A stretch of 64,000 nt of DNA from Adineta vaga. Taxonomy: Eukaryota; Animalia; Rotifera. The stretch is from contig CP075493.1 of assembly GCA_021613535.1 (NCBI GenBank), positions 12,896,001 to 12,960,000 of the forward strand. The letters run 5' to 3'. A program made the position numbers and the translations under genes. The notes beneath the pieces are model-generated. The model was not told the origin of the DNA and did not search any database. It was given only the letters and a program-made list of their open reading frames with translations. Shown here in pieces: positions 1 to 11,289 of this stretch (the stretch's first letter is position 1; each line of letters starts with the position of its first letter).

Positions 1-591
1 ATGGATAGTTGGGGAAAACTCATGCTTGAAAGTGTTCTCACTGTTGCACAGATGTGTGCTCTTGGTTTTGGTTTGCCCGTTGATACGTTTACATCTTTGA
101 TGAAGTATGGACCACATTTACTTGCTCCCACTGGTTCAGATCTTGGACGGTTTGGTAAAGAAGGCACAGTATTAGCTGGGTTTCATTCTGATATTGGTTT
201 TCTTACCATTCATGGACGTGCACGTTTTCCAGGTTTGTTCGTTTGGACACGCGAAGGAAAACGATTAGCTGTGAAAGTTTCTCACGGTTGTCTACTACTT
301 CAAGCTGGTAAACAGTTCGAATGGTTAACTGGTGGTGAAGTTTTGGCTGGTTTTCATGAAGTTATTGTCTCTGAAAAAACCGTTGAAGTTATTGATGATG
401 CATCTAAGGCTGGTCGATCTCTGTGGCGTGTTTCATCAACGATGTTCACACATATTGCTAGTGATGAGATACTCAAACCATTGCCAACATTCGCGAATTC
501 TGAGACCTTAGAAAAGTACAGTCCTATGAAAGCTGGTGCACAAGTTCTTGCTGAACTAGCAGCAATAAATATGAAGAAAACATTAAATTAA
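1..591 (+). CDS. 2-oxoglutarate/Fe(II) dioxygenase (IPNS/clavaminate synthase-like), 5'-truncated by window edge
   Basis: HxD (FHSD) and distal H (GFHEV) facial triad plus RxS (RVSS) 2OG-binding motif; LLAPTGSDL segment typical of a fungal/plant/protist family. Confidence 0.85.
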   Translation: MDSWGKLMLESVLTVAQMCALGFGLPVDTFTSLMKYGPHLLAPTGSDLGRFGKEGTVLAGFHSDIGFLTIHGRARFPGLFVWTREGKRLAVKVSHGCLLLQAGKQFEWLTGGEVLAGFHEVIVSEKTVEVIDDASKAGRSLWRVSSTMFTHIASDEILKPLPTFANSETLEKYSPMKAGAQVLAELAAINMKKTLN

Positions 592-1389
592 CACGATTAA
601 TCTTCAGTTGCTGCTCAATGATGTCTTACACTATTACACTATTTTTTTAATTTTTGTAATGCTTTTAAGGATAATAAACTCAAACAAAATGATTACACTG
701 ATATGGTAATGTCATGAAGTTACCAATAAGCTGGTTTTCTAACATATGAAGAATTTTTCTTTTCTTTAGACAGTAAAAGAACTGAAGACCTGTCTAGTAT
801 CGTGAAATACAATATCAGAACAAAAAACGAATCATTAATACAACTATCACCAGAAACACTAGCAACTACTGCTATAGCTAGTGAGTTTATTTATTTGATA
901 GAGACACTAGTTGGTATGACTTAGATTTATGTAGGATATCTAGTCGTATGTGAACTTCAGATCCATATGATCATAGATAGGAATAAGATCATTTCTAAAA
1001 AATTTAGCAAAACTTGATTGTGTTCGTTCTAAATGTTACGTAACTTGAAGATATTATCAGGTGACGTGCTTCATGTTTCGTTAGTGATGAGATCTTTTGT
1101 CAATTCATCTTTTTGAATGATTATGCATAAAAAGGTGAACCACAAGGTCGATAGACCTGCTCTTAGATTTGAAGGGGAATCATGCTGTTAGTAATGAATG
1201 TAAAAACCAAATCATCATTTGATTTGTCTGGAATAGAGAGTGAATTTGATTATGAATATAATATATGCTTCTTTCAGTAATTACGTCGCGAGTGAAAGTT
1301 ATTTAGAATCATATTAAAAAATAAAGAATTAACAAAAAATACTTACATTGATTTATTTGAAATCGAATCAAGTCAGATTAAAGTTAAGT

Positions 1390-2349
1390 TCACGTATATC
1401 GTAATGTAATAACACCATCGACACATTTCTCATAATCACTGTTGTAGCACTTGTTCCCACAAGCAAGAATAGATGGCCACAAAGGACAAATAACTCCTTT
1501 AAGGCATTTAAAAAATACCGTGTGGTAACATTGACCATTACAAAGTTCAGTAGATATAGTGCTATTACAGATGACACCATCGATACAGGTTTGATATGCT
1601 CTTTCGTAGCATTTACCATTACATAAACCAAGATTAGAACCATTACAAATAATGCCATCAAAACATCTTTGGAAGTAATTATTGTCAAAACATTTTCCAG
1701 CGCAAATAACAGCGCTACTTCCATTACAAAGAGTACCATTTAAACATGTTTGAAAAGAAGGATTATAACATTTTCCTGCACAAAGTTTTTCACCTAAACT
1801 ACAAACGGTGCCATTAATACATGTTCGCGTAAGTTTACTGTAGCATTTTCCTGCACAAAGATCCATTTGGAAGCCTTCACAAATTGTATCATTGATACAT
1901 GCTCGAATTGCTAATTGAATGAAACATTTTCCTCCGCAAAGACCAGTATCTATTCTTTTACAAATTATACCATCAATACATTTTTGCATGGATTTCATGT
2001 AACACTGTCCTCCACACATATCTGCATTACTTCCATTACAAATAAAACCATTGATACATGTTTGAAAATTGTTGTCATAGCATTTTCCTGCACATATTCC
2101 AGCTCTTTTTCCAGTGCAGATCATATCACCAAAACATTTTTCTAAACTTCTATCGTAACATTTACCAGCACAGATGCCAGCATTGCTTCCATTACATAGA
2201 ATACCATGTATACACGAATGAGTAAATCGATTATAGCATTGTTCTCCACATTCTACAGAATATATTGAACTATCAACACAATTTCCATAGGTTGAGTACA
2301 ATTGAGAAAGAAAAATCATAGAGCTAAAGACGAGCATTATTTGAGACAT
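1390..2349 (-). CDS. Secreted Cys-rich tandem-repeat protein (~11 x 26 aa), CBM52/galaxin-like
   Basis: Signal peptide MSQIMLVFSSMIFLSQLYSTYG from ATG 2349; repeats C-x-G-K-C-Y-x5-C-x-x-G-x-I-C; intronless. Confidence 0.75.
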   Translation of the reverse strand: MSQIMLVFSSMIFLSQLYSTYGNCVDSSIYSVECGEQCYNRFTHSCIHGILCNGSNAGICAGKCYDRSLEKCFGDMICTGKRAGICAGKCYDNNFQTCINGFICNGSNADMCGGQCYMKSMQKCIDGIICKRIDTGLCGGKCFIQLAIRACINDTICEGFQMDLCAGKCYSKLTRTCINGTVCSLGEKLCAGKCYNPSFQTCLNGTLCNGSSAVICAGKCFDNNYFQRCFDGIICNGSNLGLCNGKCYERAYQTCIDGVICNSTISTELCNGQCYHTVFFKCLKGVICPLWPSILACGNKCYNSDYEKCVDGVITLRYT

Positions 2350-3107
2350 CGTTTGAATTATATTCAGAATCGAAAGTAATATTTCTTGTTTCAAAATATC
2401 AGTATTTATACTAATAGGAGCACATGTAAATCAAAGAAAATCATATTTATGTACAACATGTGTCACGAAATATATACCACATTTGTCAAGAGACTGAAAA
2501 CACTTTATATTTGTAATATAATGACCTTATGTAAATATTAATATCCTTTTTTGACCTTTCGTAATAACATAAACATCTATATGTATTCATTTTTCATTTA
2601 TTTGAATAATGAGAAGAAACCTGTCGAGTGATCTAGAAAATGGTAAAGAAAAGTCTCATTTTAAAAAGTTATGTATCAATATTTGATTTCTTGTGAAATA
2701 TTCACTACTATAACTTCGCATTTTGTTTTCATCAGTCGTTTGATGAAGAACCTTAGTAGTTAAAATGCAAGAAGAGTTTTTAAATCTACAGTTCTATTTT
2801 CTTGATTAAAATAAAAATTTTCTACCTTTGTTTTTGTCGACAAATCGTATTATTTCTCGTTTTACTTATTTTACTGTCATTTTTTTCATATTGCTTAGTA
2901 TTTTTATTGTGCTCTATTGGATATATTTAACGGAAAAACCATCTTTAATGAAAAGATTCGAACAACGAGAATATAATATGGAATATTCTTGTTCCGTAAG
3001 TATAGGCCCTTATTGGTATCATTCGTAGCCGGTTTACTGCAGTATTGACTCTTGTTTATTAAAGAAATATAAAATTCATAGTTAGTTATAATAATAGAAA
3101 GATTGTT

Positions 3108-3530
3108 TTACGCGATTAAATCGCATTCGCATTTGTGTTGTGCCTCCTCGAAAGCAGTGCCACCAAGAGCACGAACCGCCATGTGTATATTAAGAGAATC
3201 AATATGACAGAGAAGACGACGAAATGATTGCCACACACTTCCGCTGCTGCCTGGTATTGCGTCACAAGCAGCATTCATACATTTTCAAAATGCTTGATCA
3301 CATTGAAATTATGTGTTTCACCACATGTTTCGTAACAAATATCATGAGCATTGCAACAAGGAATAATAGCACCTTCTCCAACTTCTCGAAGTTGTCGATC
3401 GATATGGATAAAGCCACCTACAGCGCCACAACCATTTGTTTCATGAATTTCAAAATGACCCATTGCATATGGAATCGTCAATAGAAGCGCAATAACAACT
3501 AGTTGTATCACTGTTATAACGTTAATTAAG
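3108..3530 (-). pseudogene. Group XII-like secreted phospholipase A2, disrupted
   Basis: NGCG...CCNAHDICYETCG; frameshift near 3310, after which another frame reads QCDQAF*KCMNAAC...AVRALGGTAFEEAQHKCEC with an in-frame TGA at 3285-3287. Confidence 0.8.
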
Positions 3531-4292
3531 TATGCTTTTTGTGTCCATAGTTAGATATATGTATGTATATATATACCTAGATAGCAAACGGAAGTGAAGA
3601 ACACTCAGTCAATAAAATCGAATGATTAAGTTTGGTTTTTACCAATCTGTGAGAATATACAATCATTTTTCAATTAAAAAAGTGTAATTCGATACTTTTT
3701 CGTGACCTTTTCTAGAACATTCCTAATGTATGAATGATAATATAAAAGTAATTCAAACACGTCATTTTTACAGCTATATTTTATATGTAATGTCCATGGT
3801 TCCTCCTCTCTTTTGTTTTAAATAAAAAAGAATCTCTTAAAATTTTTTCCTATCATAAATTAAAAAAACTTATGCAATCGTTTATTTTGTCTAGCTATCA
3901 CATACAGATTTCCTTATTATTCAAACAATTAATTTACAGCTAATCTAGACCGATTTTCATCCACAATAAAACTTCCTTCCAAAGATCCCTTTGAAACAAA
4001 CTCGGTATCTTTTTATAGTATTCTTTTCATACGGCTACTCTTTCGATAGATGACTTGAGGAATATTTATGTCGTTATCTGTCATTGTTGCTGTTTCGATT
4101 GAATTTAATATTTTAATTTTATCTTTAGGTTATGGTTGTACGTGTGACTTTCCCAGTCGTCCATATCCACCCTTTTGAGGGGATGACTGACCGTAGATGT
4201 TGATCTCGTTTTAGACACTACAAGTTAATAATTCATATCAATATCTTATGTTTTTATTTACTCAAAATCAACTGCAAGTAGATAGTTTTAGT

Positions 4293-4892
4293 TTAACCGT
4301 TGCTCAATTTTCCTCCCATATAATAAGTATCCCATGAATCTTTAGCATAACCATTGCCTAATACTTGAAATGATGAGCCTGATGCACCCTGTATTTTTTT
4401 ACCAGCATAGAAAACATCCCAAGAATCTTTGGCATAGTTATCACCTAAAACTTTGAATGCTGAGGCTGCTGCACCTTGTACCTTTGTTCCGGCATAGTAA
4501 ACATCCCAAGAATCTTTGGCATAACCACTGCCTAATACTTGAAATATCGAGGCTGATGCACCTTGCACTTTTGTTCCAGCATAGTAAACATCCCAAGAAT
4601 CTTTGGCATAACCATTACCTAGTACTTGAAATGCTGAGGCTGATGCACCTTGCACTTTTTTCCCCATGAAAAAGACACCCCAAGAATCTTTTGCATAACC
4701 GTAACCCAAGTCTTTGAATGATGATGCAGAAAGACCGGTAATTACTTTTCCATTGAAATAAACTTGATTAGAATATACTCGATAATCACTATTTAGAACA
4801 CTTGGTGCACTACTTGCAGACAAGGATCGTCGATCATGATACGAACGTTGTCTTCTGCCTTGAACCAGTGACAACACATATCCAGAATACAA
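4293..4892 (-). CDS. DKNYY-like repeat protein (5 x 29 aa; 87-bp DNA period); true start unresolved
   Basis: Repeats YAKDSWDVYYAGTKVQGASASxFxVLGxG match the bacterial DKNYY pattern YAKDKNxVYYxGxxIxGADxxSFxxL. Confidence 0.7.
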   Translation of the reverse strand: MYSGYVLSLVQGRRQRSYHDRRSLSASSAPSVLNSDYRVYSNQVYFNGKVITGLSASSFKDLGYGYAKDSWGVFFMGKKVQGASASAFQVLGNGYAKDSWDVYYAGTKVQGASASIFQVLGSGYAKDSWDVYYAGTKVQGAAASAFKVLGDNYAKDSWDVFYAGKKIQGASGSSFQVLGNGYAKDSWDTYYMGGKLSNG

Positions 4893-5850
4893 AAATTTTA
4901 AACATCGTGGTTTAAAAAAATCACTCGCCTTATTTTTTCAAGATTAAAATAAAAGATTACGATGGAAATGATGTTTTAACGCAAGATATTTATACATGAT
5001 GATAAAAGTAATCGAGGAATATCGTCAAATATTTATTTAAGTGTATCAATTGGGATTGATGTGTGTGCTAATGCTATTATTCATAATTGTTGTCTTTAGG
5101 ATTAAAGATAAGGTAGAAGATTAAAGAATGAATCGATGAAAAGCACCTTCACTTTTGTAGACGATGATATGTTTGGCAGTTCTCTGAGTTGAACGGACTT
5201 GAGGGTGAATTGAATCGGATATGAGTGGCAATATTTCTCTCACACATCTTGAAGATCATTACATAGTATATTTCTTCATTGTTTAGTATTTTAGCAAAGT
5301 AAGAATTTACTTTCTGCAAAAATAAAAATACGACTGGTGTACATCGAGTTTCAGGCAAAATAAATGTGTTTGCCATTGATATCGATGAATACACGATGCT
5401 TTCTTTGACATCCATCACCACATATTGAAACACCCTCCATAGCTAAGTGCATTGTGTTCTTATCGTTATCCTCTCTTATTGACGTTACTTTCTCCATTTC
5501 ATGGACGAGTATCTAGGTAAATGTTTTGTTTGAAAACGTAACTGCATCACAAATCATTACACACATGTCATGCGATTTGCTTTCTCTCGAAAAGAAATAT
5601 GTACAGAAACTAATGTTTCTATTAGAATCGGATTTACCCATCATCGACATAATATTTATTTCATATAATGAAACTTTAGCGAATGAATTCTTCTACGAAA
5701 TTGAGAGAGTATAAGTGTGCGTGTGTCTGCTTTTCAGTGGGGAGAAGACGAAGTTTGAAATTCATATAGAAATTTCAGTTCTTGAAATATAATCACAGTT
5801 GATCAACAGAATCGAAAATAGAAATATATAAATAATCATCATTGTTATAA

Positions 5851-6631
5851 CTAATTGTTTTCTGGTAATTCATGTACAGGGATACAGTTTGGTGTTGTTA
5901 GACATGATCGACATGGTCCATGGTATTCTTGAGGTAATTGATCACTGTCAATATGTTGTAAGAGTATACTTGCTTCTTCATCCTTTCTCAAAACGAAAAC
6001 TTTAGAAGCGGTGACAGGATCAAGAAATGATTTCAATAGATTCCAAATAATTGGAAAGCATCATGGCGTATTCGATGCAAATATTAGACCCATACGTTCC
6101 GGATAATGATTACTATCAATATTGAGAAATTCTTTTAATAATGGAATAGCACGTCGTCCAGTCATCAATTCCAATCCATCGAAATCCATAATTGTAACAA
6201 TTGTTTCAATATATTGTCCACATTCACGTGATTTTTGACGAGCACGATGACAGTTATATTCTTGTATGTGAATATGTCCTTGGAGAAGTTGATCAAGTGA
6301 GAAACGTTCTAGACATATGTTTAGCTTGATTTTACCTGTTTTTTCAATATAAATTGGATTTTGTTGTTTTGTAAAATCATGATATGCATATGGAACATAT
6401 TGTCTTCCAAAATCGACATCCTGTTTTGATGTATCGAATAGAATTTGATCGACATGATTTTGTTGACGCCATTGTATTGTATCGCGTATATATTTCAAAG
6501 TTTGAGAGATATGCCATTTATGTGCACGTAAATATCGACCAATCATGAATTTTCAATCGTTCGTAAACAATATTGAATTTTTCTTGTTCGTTAACTGACA
6601 ATTCTTTAATATTAAAATTGATCATGTTCAT
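5851..6631 (-). pseudogene. Sec14/CRAL-TRIO lipid-binding protein, disrupted
   Basis: RYLRAHKW, YPERMG, LDPVTASK, LPQEYHG motifs; TGA at 6061-6063 in NTP*CFPIIW where Trp is expected; the N-terminus from ATG 6631 is out of frame near 6547. Confidence 0.85.
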
Positions 6632-7086
6632 ATGTTTTTCTTCTTTCTAACCACATTATCTTTTGTGAAAATAAAAACATACAACGGAAAGAAAAGCACG
6701 TGGCTGCACAGAACGGAAAGAAAAAATAAATATAATTTGTGTATTTTATGCTTGTCATATTTTCCTCTATAACGATTAGGATAAAGATCGATGTGGATTG
6801 CTTTGCTTTAAAAGATGCGATATGATCTTAATGCCTCTCATTCAGGCAATTCTTTAACCTACGCTACGATTCTTACTCATTCGTTGTTTTTTTGTATGCA
6901 AATATTTTTATTTTAATGAATGAATCATGCGTACAATGACGAATATAAATTGCTGAATAAGTCATTCAAATGTATACGACGTTAATAGTATAGTTGATTT
7001 GTTTTAGAGAACGAAAGAAAAAAAAATCCGTTTTCATACACACATCATTATCAAACAAACATATTTTTCGATTTTTTCTTAGGAGT

Positions 7087-9412
7087 ATGCAAGCAGTTAA
7101 AATTTTACCATCGATTTTCAAAGCAGCCAAAACTATCTATGAAATCAGTAAGCAAGTCAAAGCCAATAAAAATCAATGTCAACGTAAATATTTCTTTTTT
7201 CATAATTATGAATACGTTTTGATATCATTTGTAGGACTAAGTGAACGAGTTCAATGTGTTGTTGCCATTCTCAAAGATGGTTCAATTGATGATTCAGATA
7301 CAGTAACAATGGAAAGAGCATTACGAACCTTAGCAGACACCTTACAGGAAAGTGTGGAGTTTGTTAAAGAATTTACTGATTCTTCTATTATCGGTCGATT
7401 TTTACATAATTCTGATTTCCAACAAAAATTCGAAGAACTTACAATACGATTATCAAATAGTGCTATTGATCTCAATTTAGCTCTAAATATCAGTTCAATA
7501 TTTGATCAACAACAAGATGTATTTGATCGGCAAGCTGATCTTGCTGAAATATCATCAAAACTAGATGAAATTGCATTGGAAATGGTTCGCAATCAAGAAG
7601 AATTACATAAACAAAATAAAAATATCAAAGATGAATTTAAGAAACGATTTGATTCATTCAAATTTCATCTTCAACAAGATGTATTGAAAGCACAGAAAGG
7701 TATCGAAGCAAAAAAGATCGAAGAAGAATCAAAACTTTTCCTACATATTCCATATCATGATTTATTATACGAAGAACGAATTGGTCAAGGAGGATTTGCT
7801 GATGTTTATAAAGGTATATGGCTTAGTCAACATCATCAAGTCGCAATTAAAGCAATTCGTATTACATATCTAACAGATAATGTCAAACAAAGTGTTCTGA
7901 ATGAAATTGCTACGATGTATAAAATTCGTTACAATCATGTCCTAGGTGTTTTGGGAGCATGTATAGAACCGAATTGTTATGCTCTTGTGGTTGAATATAT
8001 GTTACTTGGATCATTATTTGATGTTTTACGAAAGAATGAACATATTCATACCTGGAACGATCGATGGTCAATTGCATTACAAATGACAAAAGGTGTTAAT
8101 TATTTACATTCGATATCTATTCTTCATTGTGATATTAAATCATTGAATTTTCTGATGGATAAAGCAGTTGATGGTTATTTGGTGAAAATTAGTGATTTTG
8201 GTCTAGCAAAAATACGACAGGAGACAACTCGACAAACGAGTGAGAGTTCTGAACAATCAGGTACACTTCAATGGAAAGCACCTGAATTGTTAAAATTCGG
8301 TAAACCATCGACAGCAAGTGATATCTATAGTTTGGCTATTGTCTTTTGGGAGTTAGCTACTAGATGTATACCTTATGATGGATTGGACGAAGCAATTGTT
8401 TGTCAAGGTGTTAAAAGTGGAGAACGACTTGATATACCTCAAGATGTACCATCGAATTTTGCATCACTTATTATCAGTGCATGGCAACAAGATCCAAATA
8501 AACGATCAACAACTCAAATACTCATTGAAGAAATTAAAAAGATGAAATCAAATACAATAGAAAAATCAGCAATGTGAGTTTATTGAAAGATAATCTAATT
8601 AATTAAGAATGTGGATTCTCTTATTTAGATCAAAGTTTCCAGTAGATCAAGCTCAACCAAATGATAATCGTATGTAATTTCTATACTAATAACTAAATTC
8701 TAATTGATTCTGTTTGATTATTGCAGAATTACCCAACAGTCATAATCCAAAACTTGAAGCCTTAATCAGTCAATTTTCGCCGTGTTCTGCCATTAATTTA
8801 AGTAAACAACAATTGACCGATTCCGATATGGATATTGTCGTGCAACAAGCAATTGTCAACAAACAATGCACGAATCTCTGGTTAGAAAATAATAAAATTA
8901 CATCCAAAGGTGCTTCAATTCTTGCTGATTCATTACGCAATAGTACAACATTGAGTGATCTGTGGTTGTATGGTAATCTTATATCTGATACGGGAGTACA
9001 ATATCTATCGTCAGCACTTTCAGTTAATAGAACTGTAAGAAAACTTGGTCTTGCTTCAAACAATATTACAAATGCAGGTGTATCTCATCTTGCTGAAATG
9101 CTCAAGAGAAATCATACATTGATTATGTTAGGATTGGCCATGAATAAAATCGGCAATCAAGGAGTACAAATGTTGTCGAATGTGATTGCTCATCAAAATT
9201 CTAGTTTACAAGTGTTAACACTTGATCGAAATGAACTTATAAGCGATTCAAGTCTCGATTCATTTGTCGATATGATCAAGCAGACTCGATCAATGAAGGA
9301 ACTATGGATAAATGATTGTAGTCTCTCGGAAAAAGGCAAGAAGAAATTGAAAGAACGAATTGCATTTAAAAAAGATTTTAAATTAGTAACGACGTATGAT
9401 CATTCTTCGTAA
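7087..9412 (+). CDS. MLKL-N-terminal-like 4-helix bundle + TKL-type protein kinase + RI-like LRR (4 exons)
   Basis: Exons 7087-7183, 7235-8573, 8629-8669, 8727-9412 splice in frame via GT-AG introns; N-terminus KQVKANKNQCQRLSERV; kinase GQGGFADV, VAIK, HCDIKSLN, DFG, APE; 28-aa LRRs LxLxxNxIxDxG. Confidence 0.85.
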
Positions 9413-9538
9413 TTAATAAAAAAAAAAGTTTTTATCGAGAAATATTTAATTTTTTCAAAACAGATTTTGATGGAAATTGAAAATAAGATTAAAAGAATTC
9501 TAAAGTCTAGTCATAAAGTCTAATTCAATCAGAATGGA

Positions 9539-10957
9539 TTATATTGGAACAGCACCTCCTTCTGGATAAGTAGCAGCAGTACCTCGTTGCGATTTGTATT
9601 TCGATATATCTGATAACTCGACAGGTTCCTTTGTAGAACATGAACCATATTCACTGTTGTGCTTTTTCGTACGTAACCAAAAAGCAATACCAATGACTAT
9701 TCCAACGATAATAGCAAGTAAACCGACTACAATGCCAATTATAATGAGCATCTTTTTGGATAATAAACGATGACGTTTTTTGATAACCAAAGCTAAAAGT
9801 TACAATAAAGTAATAGTAAGAAATGGAATTTTATAGTGAAATGAAACTAACTTTTTTTATTACAAAAGTGACTTGTACAACATTCAATACGACCTTCAAA
9901 CGTTGCTCCACCATAAGATATTTTACCTAATTGTTTATTAACACATTTCGAAATGAATGTACGTATAACAAAGGCTGGATATTTGGTACCAGTTACAGTA
10001 TCACGTCCTTCGAGACCAATAATCGTCTGAAAAAGATCAATTTAAATATGAAAAGAAAACGTTTATATTATTTAGTATTACTTACTGCGCATGCTTCTGA
10101 ATAGCTAGAAGTTCCTGTTTTATACACATGTGGACTGGATTCATCTAAAACCATGCAACCTGTCAAACCAGTGATACGTGAATCACATGTATAACATCGA
10201 AGATTAGATTCTTTCACAGCATTGGTTAAAATATCTCGATTACATTCGGGAGTATTACAACAGAATACAGATGATGCACTTGTCAATTGACTTATACGTT
10301 GGGAAACATCTTTAACAGTTGCTTGACAGTTGTTTATGTAAGATTTATGATGAGTTCCTTTATGAGCTGTGATCTATTCAATACAACATGTAATAACATA
10401 TAACAAAGGATAAAATTTTATTTTAAACTTACCGAACAAGATTCGGTTGCACTACTAAGAGTCGTTATATGATTAACATCATTAATACATATACCATCAA
10501 TTACAGTACATTTACCGATAATACATTTGCGAGAAGTTAACGCAGGTAACGGTGGTGAAGGTAAAGAATTACAAAGATCTTCATTACAACAAAACTGATA
10601 TGATGAACTTCGGCATGTACGTGCCGGTACTAAATCTCGAGTTGTTAAACCTTCAGGAGTTACAGTTATCTAAACAATAACAATAAAAGACGATTAATAA
10701 ATAGCGAATATAAATATACGAACTGAACACGAAGAAAATGGTTCATGATCTTTTGAAGTCACTTTGTGTACACTTTTTGATTTTGATGAAAATAAAGTAC
10801 CACACGCTTGTCCACCACTACATGAGTAACAAACCAAACTCTGACTCATATCAATCGCTGTTTGAAAAACAAGTCGATAATTAACGATATGAATTTAGTT
10901 AGAATATCACTCACCATGAATGAATATGAAATAAAATGTAATAAATAAAATCATCAT
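9539..10957 (-). CDS. Type I membrane protein with three Ly6/uPAR (three-finger)-like domains, ~6 exons
   Basis: Signal peptide MMILFITFYFIFIH; domains begin CYSC/CIIGKC/CYTC and end CCNEDLCN, CCNTPECN, CCTSHFCN; TM helix and short tail in the last exon 9539-~9790. Confidence 0.75.
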
Positions 10958-11289
10958 TGGTTGATTATAAACAAAATACGATCAGTCGATTTGTTTTTAA
11001 CTTAAACTCAATGATAGTTTTTTTCTTACTTTCAATACAATTTTTCGTTCTTCGTATGTACGATGAAAATGAAAATGACTTATTCTCTTGTTAATGTTTC
11101 AGCATGACTGCTTATTTTCTTCTGGTCTTTTTCGTTCTGTATACAATACGATATTTCACCTTGAAAAAAGGACTATTTTGTTTTGAATGAAATCCATTCA
11201 ATGCAAACAATAACATCATCTACTACAGTCAATGACGAATGGTACGCGATTAATAAACGTTATACAATTATTTACTATACTGAATTTTA

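Noticed and set aside
1368-2145. Alternative-frame ORFs 1368-1739 and 1915-2145, and similar shadow ORFs over other genes
   Set aside because: By-products of repetitive or codon-biased coding sequence in another frame; no protein-like motifs
2765-3028. Short TM-containing ORF resembling a Golgi enzyme N-terminus
   Set aside because: No start in frame and no catalytic domain; cannot be assigned
6994-7086. ORF-track N-terminal extensions (6994, 25405, 52142, 56933)
   Set aside because: Non-ATG starts, or read-through of UTR/intron sequence; family-typical starts lie elsewhere
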